DNA of 64,000 bases, taken from positions 5,280,001 through 5,344,000 of the forward strand of contig CM000151.3 of assembly GCA_000004695.1 (NCBI GenBank), written 5' to 3'. Positions 1-11,786 of this stretch are shown in pieces. Both the position numbers and the translations under genes were made by a program. Within the stretch, counting starts at the first letter, position 1. Every line of letters begins with the position of its first letter. The DNA is from Dictyostelium discoideum. Lineage: Eukaryota. The notes under the pieces were generated by a model. It was given only the letters and a program-made list of their open reading frames with translations, did not search any database and was not told the origin of the DNA.

Positions 1-648
1 GGCACCACTCTTCTTCTCGTCAGAGGCATTGATGTTCTCACCCATTAAAATCACAAATGCGACCAATACTAAAATCATACCAAACACTATCCAATTGCTC
101 CAAGTCATGAATGGGTTGATGGAGAGGTATGGCAAACGAATGATTGCATGTAAAACAATTGCTAATGCATAGGCGTAGGCACCACGTTCACGACGTACTG
201 CTGATTTTACATTGGCAAAACTATTGCATTGAGCTAACCAATCGAGAGCAACTGCAACCGATACGAAAAAGGTTTTGGTGACATGTGGTGATGAGAAAAT
301 TCCAAATTCGTCATTCTTGATCGATGCCTTGTCAATGGCCCATGGGAAAATTGCAAAGAATGCTAATAATTGTGCTACCAAACGGATTGGTAAATTGAAA
401 CGTGATACTATTCTATTGATAAATCCAATACCTAAAAATATTGGTGTAAAAATTGCTAATAATGCTGCCTCCCAACCTGTGAACCCCATAAATCCCATTG
501 GGAAAAACCAAATAACTGATATAAATTCTACCATTAAACTCCAATTTACAAATGCTAATATACCATCTGCTAATAACAATATTAAATATTGTTTATTATA
601 TCCACCTCCATAATTTTTACCTTTATTATTAATTGGTGTTGTTGACAT
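1..648 (-). CDS. Multi-pass membrane protein, 5' part only; the gene continues past the window start
   Basis: Minus-strand ATG at 648-646, with the frame open to position 1. Translation starts MSTTPINNKGKNYGGGYNKQYLILLLADGILAFVNWSLMVEFISVIWFFPMGFMGFTGW... and contains at least 5 hydrophobic helices. The segment is GC-richer than the poly-A/T flank at 650-900. I do not recognise a family. Confidence 0.6.
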   Translation of the reverse strand, partial: MSTTPINNKGKNYGGGYNKQYLILLLADGILAFVNWSLMVEFISVIWFFPMGFMGFTGWEAALLAIFTPIFLGIGFINRIVSRFNLPIRLVAQLLAFFAIFPWAIDKASIKNDEFGIFSSPHVTKTFFVSVAVALDWLAQCNSFANVKSAVRRERGAYAYALAIVLHAIIRLPYLSINPFMTWSNWIVFGMILVLVAFVILMGENINASDEKKSGA

Positions 649-718
649 TTTTTTTTTTTTCTATTTCTTTTTTTTTGTTTATTTCTTTACTTAAAAAAAA
701 AAAGTCAAACAATTAAAG

Positions 719-754
<36 letters not shown>

Positions 755-1470
755 AAAAAAATTAATTAACTCATCAAAAAAAAAAAAAAATAAAAAAAAA
801 AAAATAAAAAATAAAAAAAAAAAAAAATATTTTGTTCCAAACTTACTGAAAAAAAATATTTTAATTTTTTTTTTTTTTTTTATTTGTAATGATTTAATTT
901 TATTCAAATTATGGATTTAGTATAGATAAATAGAACATTCAAAAATACACAAAATGGTATGAAATATATATTATACCAATATTATTCCTTCTGTTTTTTT
1001 TTTTTTTTTTTTTTCCAATCAAAAATTTTATTTTTAAAAATAAATTATTTACCACTCAATTTTTTGTAATTATTTTTTTTTGATGGACAAAAAGTAGGGA
1101 ATAAATATATAAAAAATAGATTTCTTATAATTTTTTTTCAATTATTAAATCAATTAAAAAAAAAAACAAAAAAAAATTATTTGATTTTAAAATTAAAAAA
1201 AAACATTAAAATCTATTTTAAAAAAAAATGGCGTTCGCTAAATAATTTGATTTCTTATTTTGATCAATTGGTTTTCAGACCTTTTTTTTTTGAAATTTTT
1301 ATTTTATTTTATTTTATTTTATTTTTGTTAATTTTTTTATTATTTTTATATTAATACATATACATGCAGTGTGTTTTTTTTTTTTTTTCACCCACAACCC
1401 AAAAACTGGAATTGAAAGTGGAGAATTTAAATAGAAATATTTATATTGTTTAAATAATTTTTTTAAAAAT

Positions 1471-2615
1471 TTAATTTTTTTTAATATATAACTCTGATGA
1501 CTCAGCATCAGTAGTAACAGTATTAAGATGAATATTGGATTTAGTTGAGGATGATGTTGATTTCTTAATACTTGAAGAACTTGCAAATCTTTTATCAAAA
1601 GCATATAAAATTGATATGGCAGGTATGATTTCAGTGATTATTAAACCAATGAAAGTAAAGATTATACTAGTGACAGCTTTTACAGAGATTAAAATTATGA
1701 AAATTGAATGAAGTATGAAAGCAACTGATAGAATGATAGTTAGAGTTTTAATTTTTGATTGATTACTCGAATAGGAAGTAGCAGCAGCACCAGCAGCACC
1801 ACTACCTTTACTATTTGAAATTAAATTCCTCATTAATTTAACAATTGAACTACCTAAATAAATAAAAGCAATACCAATTAAAAGTGATAGTAATGCTTGT
1901 ACCACTGAATAAACTATTGATACCACTTGTTGAGGTGTTGAATTTTTCATTTCTTCAAATATTAATCCAACGCAATCTGTATTTGGTTGATAGGGTGTAT
2001 ATTGGAATACTAAAACAATAGCAATGAAAAACAAGTAAATCATAGAGTTTACAGAGGCTACAATTGTGTAGAGTCTTTTTTTCATATTACCAGCTGATGG
2101 ATTAAATTTTAAAACTACAAATACAATTACATACCAAAGTGCAATGATAATACTAAACGATGATAGATAAATGAATGTTGGTAGTACCACTAATACATAA
2201 TCGGATGAAGGTACATCAGTTAATGCACCACTTGGAAGTACAAAGAAATAAATACCTCTCATTATAATGAATGTTGATACTGAAACAATTAATAAATGAG
2301 TTAATTGTAATGGTTTCTTTGATTTAAATCTTTCAATTAAAAATTCAATGGTTTGGAATAAACCATAAATACCAACTAAAATGAAAAAGCATGCTAAAAT
2401 ATAAACTAATACAGTGGTTTTCTTATCTAATACTTGTTTATCTTTATCCTCCCAATCTGATACTCTATTAATTGGATAAATTATAATCTCTTTAATTCCT
2501 TCAGTTATATTTTCAATATTTGAACAATAATAATTAATATTATTAATTAATTTTAATTTTGCTTCACTATTTAATGGTATTAATTTATTATTAACACCAT
2601 CAATACTTTCATTAC

Positions 2616-2652
<37 letters not shown>

Positions 2653-5405
2653 TGATAATTTTATTGCAAAATCATAAATTGGATATGATTTTAAATTTAT
2701 TGATGTAATATTAAAATTCATACAAATTAAAAAATTTTTAAAACCAAATTCAGATTTTAAAATTATACCATCATTTAAAAGTGTACCAATGATTGCATCA
2801 TTTGAATTTAAAATTGCAAAATTATCAGGTTTAAGATAAGATATGAAATTATTTGATAATGGTTGTGGAGTTGAAATTGAATAAATGGTTTTAGAAATTT
2901 GAGATATTGATATCATTTCACAACCATGTGAAATTGAATCATTTTTGAAATTTAATAAACCATTAAAGAATGAAATCGATGTTTGTTCACCATTACAAAC
3001 TATTGATTGAGCCATAATGAGATTGGTTGATTGGAAACATTCTGAATTTCCACCAACATTACAACTACATAAAATTGAATTTAAATAGTTTTCTCTCTTT
3101 TCTTTTTGACAAAATGCTTCTGATGAATATAAAACTGACACTTGTTTATCGGTAGCTTGAACTATTTTCTCATAAAATTTTTGATAATTTAAAACATCTT
3201 TATATTGATATTGAGTGGTGAATGTTTTATTTTCATACCATTTCGATTGAACAAAAACACCTGGTAACCATACTGCATCAACCCATTGAAATTTATTCAT
3301 CCATTTAGTGGCACTACCTGATAAATTATGTTGTTGATTACAATTATTTTCATTCATTTCATTAAATCTAAAATTGTATGGTAAATTATTTGGATTTAAC
3401 ATATCAACTGAATCTTTATAAAATAAATCAATAGTTCTACAACCCATATATGATAAACATTCATCTTTATTAGTTGAAGGTTTCCACCACCATTTTGTTG
3501 TATTAACTCCTTGCTGTTGACAAAGTTCTTTATTTGGTATATCAAATTTTGGATAACAACCTAATGGTGAATCATATTCATCATAGAGTTTACAAGATTT
3601 TATAGATGTTGTATCAACTGTATGATTTGAAATACATTTACCTAAACCATTTGGATAAGGATGTTCATCATCTTTTTCAATTTGATCATAAAAGTATTGA
3701 TAATCAGAACAACGTCCTCTATTTAAACATTCTTGTTTAGTTGTACATTCAATTGGTTTTAAATAACAAAAATCTCTGATAGTATCTAAAATATCATATT
3801 CATCTGGTTTTGTTAAATTCCATACTGGACCTATACAATTATCACTATCTTTTGATGGACAATCAATCCAAGTATAACCACCATCATTGCAATCTTGTTG
3901 ATTAGTGATTGTTGTATAACAAAAGTTATCAATAAATTGAAAACCTGTTACTGATTCACAAAGTGTTGAATCCATTACATATGAAGAATCGGTTTCATTA
4001 AATTTAAACCATAAGCAATTTTCAATTAAACCTTTACATTCATAACCACATGGTTCAGAACAACTACCTCTACTATTTTCACAATCATCTTTATAAATAT
4101 TTGGAATATAACTACCATCGGCTAAAAGACACATTGATAATCCTAGTTCACAAGTTGTTTGATCAATGGTGACATCTTGGGTTGGAGAGAATGGATAATC
4201 TTGATCATATTGAATATCGGGTGAACCAACATGAGATAAAGAACCATTATAAATATGACAAAGTGTTGAGTTTACATCAGTACAATATCCACAAAAACTA
4301 TGTGATGTTGTAAATTTAGTTAATGGTCTACAACGGAAATAAAACTCTGAATAAACTTGTTGGTTATACCCTTTTGGTAACATTAAAAAGTACGCATCAC
4401 AATTAACTTGTTCTGGATTCTCTAAAATTGTTGAATAATCAATCTTTTCAAAAATCCAACCTCTAAGTAAATTTTGAGTTTTATAGGTAATTTCATTTGA
4501 TTGATCAATAAGATTTCCAGTTTCAGAGTTAATATTATTTGTTATATAGTATTTATAAGTTGAATGTTTTGAATAACTTCCTTCAATAACCCAATCTTTA
4601 AATTTTAATTCATTATGAATTGAATTGATAATTGTTGAATTTATATCCAATGTTGAAATTAATGAATAAAGAGTACCCAATGGAATCGCATTCAAAACAC
4701 ATTCAATATAATCATTATCGGTAATTTCATAATTTACAATACATTTCCTAGTGAATAAATCACATTTTCTTGTTCCATGATTAAAACTTTTACAATCATC
4801 ATCAAAAGTACAAAAAGGTGGTTCTAAAATTTTAATTCTACATTTTCTAAGTGCATCATATGTATTTAAATAAGTATTTGTAATTTCTAATCTTGGAATT
4901 TTACATTTATCTTGTTCTTCTCCTCCTTCTCCTCCTCCTTCTAAAAATGATGAGGAATATTTTTGTGTAATATATTGATCTAAAACAATTGATGTACAAT
5001 CTAAACTAAAACATTGATTTGTAATTTTATTAGATTCATAATCTTGAATTTTTAAACTTTGAGTTTTAATTGTTTTTTTTAAACATACTTGAGAGAATAA
5101 TAAATGAAAATTACAACATGGATCTAATTGATAAAGTGGATCTGATATTAAATATGGACATTGATAAGATGTTACATTTGTTTCAAAATTTTCTAATTTT
5201 AAATAATTTAAAATTGAATTTTCACAACCAATCCAATTACTTGTAGATTGTAATAAACCAAGTTTATATTTCCAATTATTTATATCTTTAATATTATCTT
5301 TATTATTCATACTTGTATTAATTATTTCTTGAACTTTTTGAAATTCTTTATAATTACATTCTTGAATTAATTTTAAATTAAAATCTTTAATTTTTAATTT
5401 AATAA

Positions 5406-5439
<34 letters not shown>

Positions 5440-6993
5440 TTATTATTAATAAATTTATTATTAATAAATTTATTATTAATAAATTTATTATTTTATTATT
5501 TTATTATTATTATTATTTTTTTTTAAAAAACTTACATCACCATCAAAATTAAAAAGATTTGATAAAAATTCAATTTCAATATTTAAAGAATCTTCAAGAT
5601 TTAAATATTCAATTATACCTTTACCATAATTTATTGAAAGTATTAAAGCAACTTGATAAGATTTTCCTTTTAATTTAAAATTATCTTGTAAATCATTTTC
5701 CATTATTTGATAATTAAAACCAGGAATAAATTGTAATGATCCAGGTACTGGCCATAATGGATTAATATTATCGATTGGTGATAGAATTGAATAAGGATTA
5801 CAAGAACTAAATTTTGGACAATAGAAATTTTGATTACTTTTTGTTATAATCTTTGAAGATTGAATCAATGCTAATGATGCCTCTAATAAACCCATTGAAC
5901 TAATTGGTTTCATAATTAAACCTTGACTCTTTATAATTGATATTGAATTTGGATAACCTAAAGAATCTTCACAATATTCATTTAGGCAATCCATTTTCAA
6001 GTATAATAATGTTGGATTTTCAAAATAAATTGTTAAACTATTAAATTTATTATAACCATCATCTTTAAAATAAAATAAAAATAAAGAATTAGTAAATTTT
6101 TAAAAAATGATTTTTTTTTTTTTTATTTTTTTTTTATACTTACAACTTTTAATAATCCATTTTGAATTTTGATCATTTGGTTCAGTAATTAAAGGATCAT
6201 CAGTTATAAATAAAGTTGATTCTTCAGCAAAGAAATTAATTAAATAAAATCCAGGATCTTTTACATCAAAACTATATAAAGGATCAGCTATTGTTAAATG
6301 ATTACCCAGGTTTATACATGTATGGTTTGAATCAATATTTACACAATTGGTTGTGTAAGTGTCACCATCTATTGAGGTTGGAATATTTTGATAATTAATT
6401 TCAATTGAAAAAGTTGCTTCGAAAGTTATTGGTGAAATATCCAAGAAATAAGTACCAACATAATACAATAGATTACTACTTTCTGGGCAAACATTTAATA
6501 GTATCTCACTTTCTAATGAATTGAATCTATAAAAATCTTTTTTAAAATGTGAACCAATCATATCTCCATTTAGTATTGTAAATGTGAAAGTTCCTTTGAT
6601 AGGTATCAACTTTATTGTAAAACCTAAATTTGGTTTATCATTTAAAAATCTAAATTGGGTGATGTTTTTGAGAGTATAGTTTGTTGTTGTTGGTGTTGTT
6701 GTTTGGCTAATTTCTAAATTCACCCATTGTTCTGTTTCATCCAATTCAATGCATTTAGGGTTTACACAATTTTCTGTTGGATTATTGGATTTAGTATAAT
6801 CACATAAACATGTACTTTCTGTATCATTATTAAATGTAATTACATTCCCAGTATCAACAGTAAGTGGGCACCCAATTGCAGAATAACGATATAAATCTTC
6901 ATCAAATTCTATATCATATAATGCATACGAAATATCGACCCCCATCGTTGTCACATTCTTATTATAAACAATTTTTTTGATATTACATTTATT

Positions 6994-7044
<51 letters not shown>

Positions 7045-7216
7045 ATGGGTTAGTTTGGTTTGTTACCAAAAAAAAAAAAAAAAAAAATTTCAAAAAAAAA
7101 AATTTCAAAAAAAAAATAGTAAAAATAAAAAAAAACATGTCAAAGTATGAAATTGTGTAATTACCTTTAACCAAAAAAATAAAATAAAAAAGAAATAATA
7201 TTATTGTGGCTTTCAT
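1471..7216 (-). CDS. 7TM receptor-like protein with a ~1,100-aa Cys-rich ectodomain and a signal peptide; at least 4 exons
   Basis: Last exon 1471..5406 is the track ORF extended 96 nt upstream to the acceptor tttttaaaaag|GTTATT; it ends in 7 predicted TM helices and a short tail. Exon 5536..6062 joins in phase (GAT GGT GAT|GTAAGT donor at 5535-5530; acceptor ...tttaaag|AT GAT GGT at 6062). Exon ?..6144 ends AGT T|GTAAGT (donor at 6143-6138); all three junctions are frame-consistent with the three track ORFs. A probable exon 1 starts at ATG 7216-7214 and encodes the signal peptide MKATIILFLFYFIFLVKG, followed by a GTAATT donor. The exon1/exon2 junction (poly-A-containing intron around 6960-7165) is not resolved. 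Confidence 0.7.
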
Positions 7217-7810
7217 TTTTATTTTTGTTCTAAACAAAATAAAAATAAAAAAAAAAAAATAATTTAAAAAAAAAAAAAAAAATATGAAAATAAAACTTTA
7301 TTTTTAGATTTTTTTTTTATTTCAAAGAAGAAGATTTTAAAAATAATTTGAAAAAAGTGAAAAAAAATCTAAAAAATTTTTTTTTTTTTTTTTATTTTAA
7401 TCACTTTTTTAATTTTTATAAACTTTATATAAAATCACATTTATTTTTTAAGAAAACCAAGAATCCCAGTTGTCAGAGAAAATTTGATTTATTTTATTTG
7501 TTTAATTTTTGTTTTTTTTTTTTTTTTTTTGTCAATTAAAATTCAAAGAAGATTTATTTATTTTTTTACACTAATTTTTTTATTATTGATTATTTTTTTT
7601 TTTATAGATTATTTTTTTTAAATTTTTTTTTTTATCTATTTTTTTTTTATATTATTAATATTTACAAAAAAATCAATTTTTTCATTTTTCTGAAAATATT
7701 ATAAAATTGTATATTATAAAATAATATATAATTTTATAATATTAATAAAATTATATATATTATTTTATATTAAGAGATAACTCTAAAATTTTTGGTGATT
7801 ATTATTATTA

Positions 7811-7815
7811 TTTTT

Positions 7816-7879
<64 letters not shown>
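7811..7879. repeat. Pure poly(T) homopolymer of about 70 nt
   Basis: Uninterrupted T run read directly from the sequence, in the intergenic region before the tRNA island. Confidence 0.9.
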
Positions 7880-7881
<2 letters not shown>

Positions 7882-8313
7882 TCAAAGAGTGTGTTGATGG
7901 AAGTGATAAATTGGTCTAAGTCGGGGTGGGAGTTTTGATTTTTTGAAAATAAAATTTTCCATTTATTTCTTTAATAAGTCTTTTTATAGGAAAAATAAAA
8001 TATTTTTTTTTTTTTTTTTTTCGTTTCAAATTTTGAATTGTATTATTACTTTTGATAAAAACATCTTTTTTGTCCAAACTTTTTTCTAAATCTTTTTTTA
8101 TTTTATCGTATGGCCGTGATTGATGTTGATGACATATTTAAATTGGTTTTTTTTATTGGAGTTTTATCCACAATTTCGCTTATTTTTTGTAGGCATTTGT
8201 GTTGCTTAATATTTGTGGTGTTGTTTGTAATTTTCATCTTCTTTTCTTTTTATTTATTTTATTTTTCCTTTAAAAAGTTAAAAATCTGGAAATTTTCTGA
8301 TTAAATTGGGTTC

Positions 8314-8350
<37 letters not shown>

Positions 8351-8578
8351 TTATAGAGAGTACTGAGTGAATTATTTTATTTTTAGAGATGTTTAGGAAG
8401 TGCTATTGCGTGAAGAGGTGAGTTCCATTGTCTTCTATATTGTAATAGCTTTAGCGAGATTAATGAGTCTAATTTATTTTGTTCCTCTGGCCGTTGCTTT
8501 GATTTGATTCTTAATGTTTTGTTTATAACCACTTGTATCCTATTTTTTCTTGTAGAAAATCGAAATTTTCCATAAAAA

Positions 8579-8668
8579 GCCCGTGTCGTATAGTGGTTAT
8601 TATATCTGTCTTGTACTTGTTACAAAAGCGATAACAGAGGGTCCTCAGTTCGATTCTGAGCTCGGGCA
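8579..8668 (+). tRNA. Intron-containing tRNA; my fold gives anticodon UGU (Thr) with a 17-nt intron after position 37, but the isotype is uncertain
   Basis: Acceptor GCCCGTG / CTCGGGC+A has one T-T mismatch. D-arm is GTAT-AGTGGTTA-TTAT. Anticodon stem TCTGT/ACAGA flanks 24 nt, which fits a 7-nt loop CTTGTA..A plus an intron CTTGTTACAAAAGCGAT. Variable loop GGGTC. T-arm CTCAG-TTCGATT-CTGAG. Followed by T7, a Pol III terminator. Confidence 0.6.
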
Positions 8669-10017
8669 CTTTTTTTTAAAAACCATCTTGATGGTCGTCT
8701 GTTCAATTCTTTTAATGAAACTAAATCAAATATTGAATTATATGAATTGGTGAAAGGACTATATTTGGAAGTACCTATTCCGAATTGGAATATAATAATC
8801 TTTCCATGTTAAATTTTATTAATCAGTATATTCTTTGGATCTTTAAAATTGGATCTTTTGGAAGGGATTTTCAAATTTTTACATTTTTGGAAGTTAGCTT
8901 TAGTGCAACACTTTTTTTTACCTGTGAACTTCTAGGGATTTCCTTGAGTCAGCGGTGTTTTTTAAATTGTATTTTATTTTTTTATTTTTTTTTTTTTTTT
9001 TAAATATAAATAAATTATTTCACAGATTTGGATCTTCAGCAATAATTGTTTATTTCGTTTATTTAGATCAGATTTAGATCTTTATTTTGTAAAGATCAAG
9101 TAAAAAATTAATTTATATCTAAAAAAAAAAATATATGGCCATCAATTTGCGATACCACACTGAATTGTTGAACATTAACACAATAATTTATATAAATGAT
9201 TTATTAGTTAAAAATACTCGCCTAAATTATTGCTCATGTTTTTTCAGAATCTTGTAATAGAAAAATATAATAAAATTAAATAAATATATATAAATTAAAA
9301 TAAAGTAATAATAATAAGTTGATGTTATCGAAAATATCTATAATTATAAATGTTTTTTATTATTGAAAATTTTTAATTTTTATATTTGAGATTTAAAATT
9401 ATGTTTATGAGTTTTTCAATTGATTGACATTAAAAACTCACCACGTGGCTTTTTCCAAAAGTCTAATTATATAAACATAAAATATTTTAGTTTGCGAGCG
9501 AGATTGTATCTAATTTATTATCTTGATAAAACATAATTTTATTGTATCAATTTAATTATTACACAATTATAATACAACACTGAATGGTTCTATAAAGCTA
9601 TAAGCTATGACCTCTAGACATTTTTCATATAAAAACACAATAATATCGATATTACACCAGATATGGATTTGTAATCAACTCTACAGTGATGACAAAATTC
9701 AATACTCAATATTAGACTCGATTTTATTCTCAAAAAATGGTATAAATCTGAATCCTGGGGCCACATAAATAATGTAAAAAATTTTAAACTATCAAATTTT
9801 GAGCAATTGAGTATCAATATATTTAAGCTATAACTCCAAAATAATAATAAATATTCTTAAATCAATTTTTTTATAAAAAAAAAAATCTAAACACTTATTA
9901 TTACTAAAGATCTAAATAAGGATTTGGGTCAAATTATTCAAATTATAATTTGCCACTAAAATTTTCCGAGATGACCAAGATTCGAACCTATGCTGTTTGT
10001 TTTATCCATAAAAAAAG

Positions 10018-10088
10018 TGCCGCGACCTGGAATCGAACCAGGGTCAACAGAGCCACAATCTGATGTACTACCACTATACTATCACGGC
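10018..10088 (-). tRNA. tRNA-His (anticodon GTG)
   Basis: Reverse complement reads GCCGTGATAGTATAGTGGTAGTACATCAGATTGTGGCTCTGTTGACCCTGGTTCGATTCCAGGTCGCGGCA. 7-bp acceptor stem with one G-U pair. D-stem GTAT/GTAC. Anticodon loop TTGTGGC. T-arm CCTGG-TTCGATT-CCAGG. Discriminator A. Confidence 0.85.
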
Positions 10089-10182
10089 GAATTTTACAAA
10101 AAGTGTCAAATTTGTGCTTTTTTTGTTATTACCAATTTTTTTACATAGTTTGGTCAATAATCGGGCAGAAACACAAAAATTG

Positions 10183-10241
10183 TATTAACTAAACCAATCG
10201 AACCAGGGTTATCAGAGCCATAATCTGATGTACTATCACCA
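10183..10241 (-). pseudogene. Degenerate partial copy of the tRNA-His gene (tandem duplicate about 170 bp upstream)
   Basis: ccaatcgaaccagggttatcagagccataatctgatgtactatcaccatactcacggcgaattt aligns with the intact gene at about 85% identity. It lacks the 3' acceptor strand, its T-stem no longer pairs, and the anticodon loop is mutated to TTATGGC. Confidence 0.6.
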
Positions 10242-10526
10242 TACTCACGGCGAATTTGATGTTTCTATGCCAATAATATATGAATGGTAAAAAATGAAGC
10301 TTTATCAATATTGTTTGTTTAATTAAAGAAAATATAACTAAATTTATTATCACTGTCAAACTGTGTGGGATAGTTTGTTTGATATTAAAAAACAAAAACA
10401 TCCGAGTATTTTATTTAAAAGTCCATAATTTATGATGCAATCTCATATTTATCAAAAAAATTTCACATTTAACTTTAATATCAAAATAATTTAAAAAAAC
10501 AAAAAAAAAAAATATAAATAGTTTTA

Positions 10527-11786
10527 TTAATTTCTTTGTATTCCATTTATTTTAAAGGAGGTAATACTCTTTTTTGTTTGTATTATTTTTTCTATTTCTT
10601 TGGTTAGTTTTTCATCTTCATCTTTAATACCTATTGTTAAACTATTGACCTTTTTGGGAAGAAATGAAAGGGATTCAATGTTTGTAAAGTTTGAACCAAG
10701 AGTTAGTGATGTTACAAATGGTGGAATACTGTTTGCTTTTAAATTTATATTATAATTGTGTAATTGTAAATCTGTTACAGAATAAGGTAGAAATCTTTTA
10801 TTAACAGGTTGTGTAAAATTAAAACCACATCTAAGTACTAATATTGATTCGTTTGGAAGATTAGTGCCATTTTCTTCAATGTTAAATTCATTGCCTAAAT
10901 CTAAATATTTAACAGATTCTGGTATTGAATCAAATTCAAGGTTTTGATTTAATTTATTAAATAAAAGATATTGAACAGATTGTGGTATTGCTCCTGGTAT
11001 TATCATTTTGTCATAAAAAGATAATGAAAGGTAGTTAATATCATTACCAATTGATTCTAATAAATCTGGTTCATTAGTTTCTAATTCTAATCTCTTTATA
11101 TTTGGTGATAAATACTTTTCAAATACTGAATCGCCTTCAATTTGAGTCTAAATATTAAATTTGTAAAAAAAAAAATTAGAATTTGGTTTCTTTCTTAGCA
11201 ATTTGTTTTTAACACTTACATTAGATAAAGATGTAATTAAACTTTCAATACAATGTCTAGCGTTTGTATCATACTGTAAACAATTTTGAATTATATTTTT
11301 AAATGAATTGGATAAGTGTTTTGGTATAGGAGGAATACCTTTATCATCTCTTTTAGACTTGGACAAATCCAAACCAGCCATTTCAATCATTGTACAACCA
11401 ATACAAAAAATATCAGATTTACTACCTGCTTTACCATTTTGTAATTTAACTTCTGGTGCCATATGTGAATCTGTACCTACAAATGAAAAATACTTTGAAC
11501 TCTTTTCAATTTGTTTTGATAATCCAAAATCTATGAATTTTACAATGATTTCATTATTTTTATCTTGAACCAAAAAGATGTGATCACCTTTAATATCACG
11601 ATGAATAACACCTGATTCGTGAATTTTCCTAAGTGCTTTGACGATTTTAATCATTAAAGATTTTATTTCTTCCTCTTCAAATCTTTTATTTGGTTTTTGT
11701 TTTATTAAGTCTGAAATGGATGTGGCATCTTCAATGTATTCTGTATAAATGTATTCCCCAATCTTCCTGAAAATGCTCATTATCAT
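10527..11786 (-). CDS. FNIP-repeat protein with a protein-kinase C-lobe (HRD and DFG intact); 2 exons
   Basis: Exon 11220..11786 contains VIHRDIKGDHIFL, IDFGLS and GTDSHMAPE. Donor TCT AAT|GTAAGT at 11219-11214, a 72-nt intron, and acceptor aatatttag| at 11148. Exon 10527..11147 continues in frame into FNIP repeats (LPxSVxxLxLGxxFNxxI). No Gly-loop or VAIK lysine is encoded upstream of MIMSIFRKIGEY, so the 5' end may be incomplete. Confidence 0.65.

Noticed and set aside
713-907. Track ORFs made of poly-F/poly-K (also 6989-7237, 7348-7539, 34822-35034, 37225-37443, 44477-44755, 48882-49124, 58660-59300)
   Set aside because: These are translations of poly(T)/poly(A) homopolymers in intergenic or intronic DNA. 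They have no complexity, no start context, and often lie inside introns I mapped.
1229-1292. Calling the GC-containing island ending in T10 an ncRNA gene
   Set aside because: It has no convincing upstream DUSE at the expected -60 spacing and no recognisable RNA family fold. I kept it only as a note within the DUSE finding.
8110-8304. 64-codon hydrophobic ORF in the tRNA island
   Set aside because: It has no ATG context beyond chance, lies in putative retroelement-derived DNA, and its composition is driven by T-runs.
8579-8668. Calling the intron-containing tRNA a tRNA-Tyr(GUA)
   Set aside because: With GTA as the anticodon, position 37 would be a pyrimidine and position 33 would not be U. 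The only consistent fold gives UGU.
11731-11786. Model joining both FNIP-kinase paralogues into one gene
   Set aside because: No in-phase donor exists within a plausible distance of the ttttcag acceptor. The two frames overlap out of phase. I kept two genes and flagged the anomaly.
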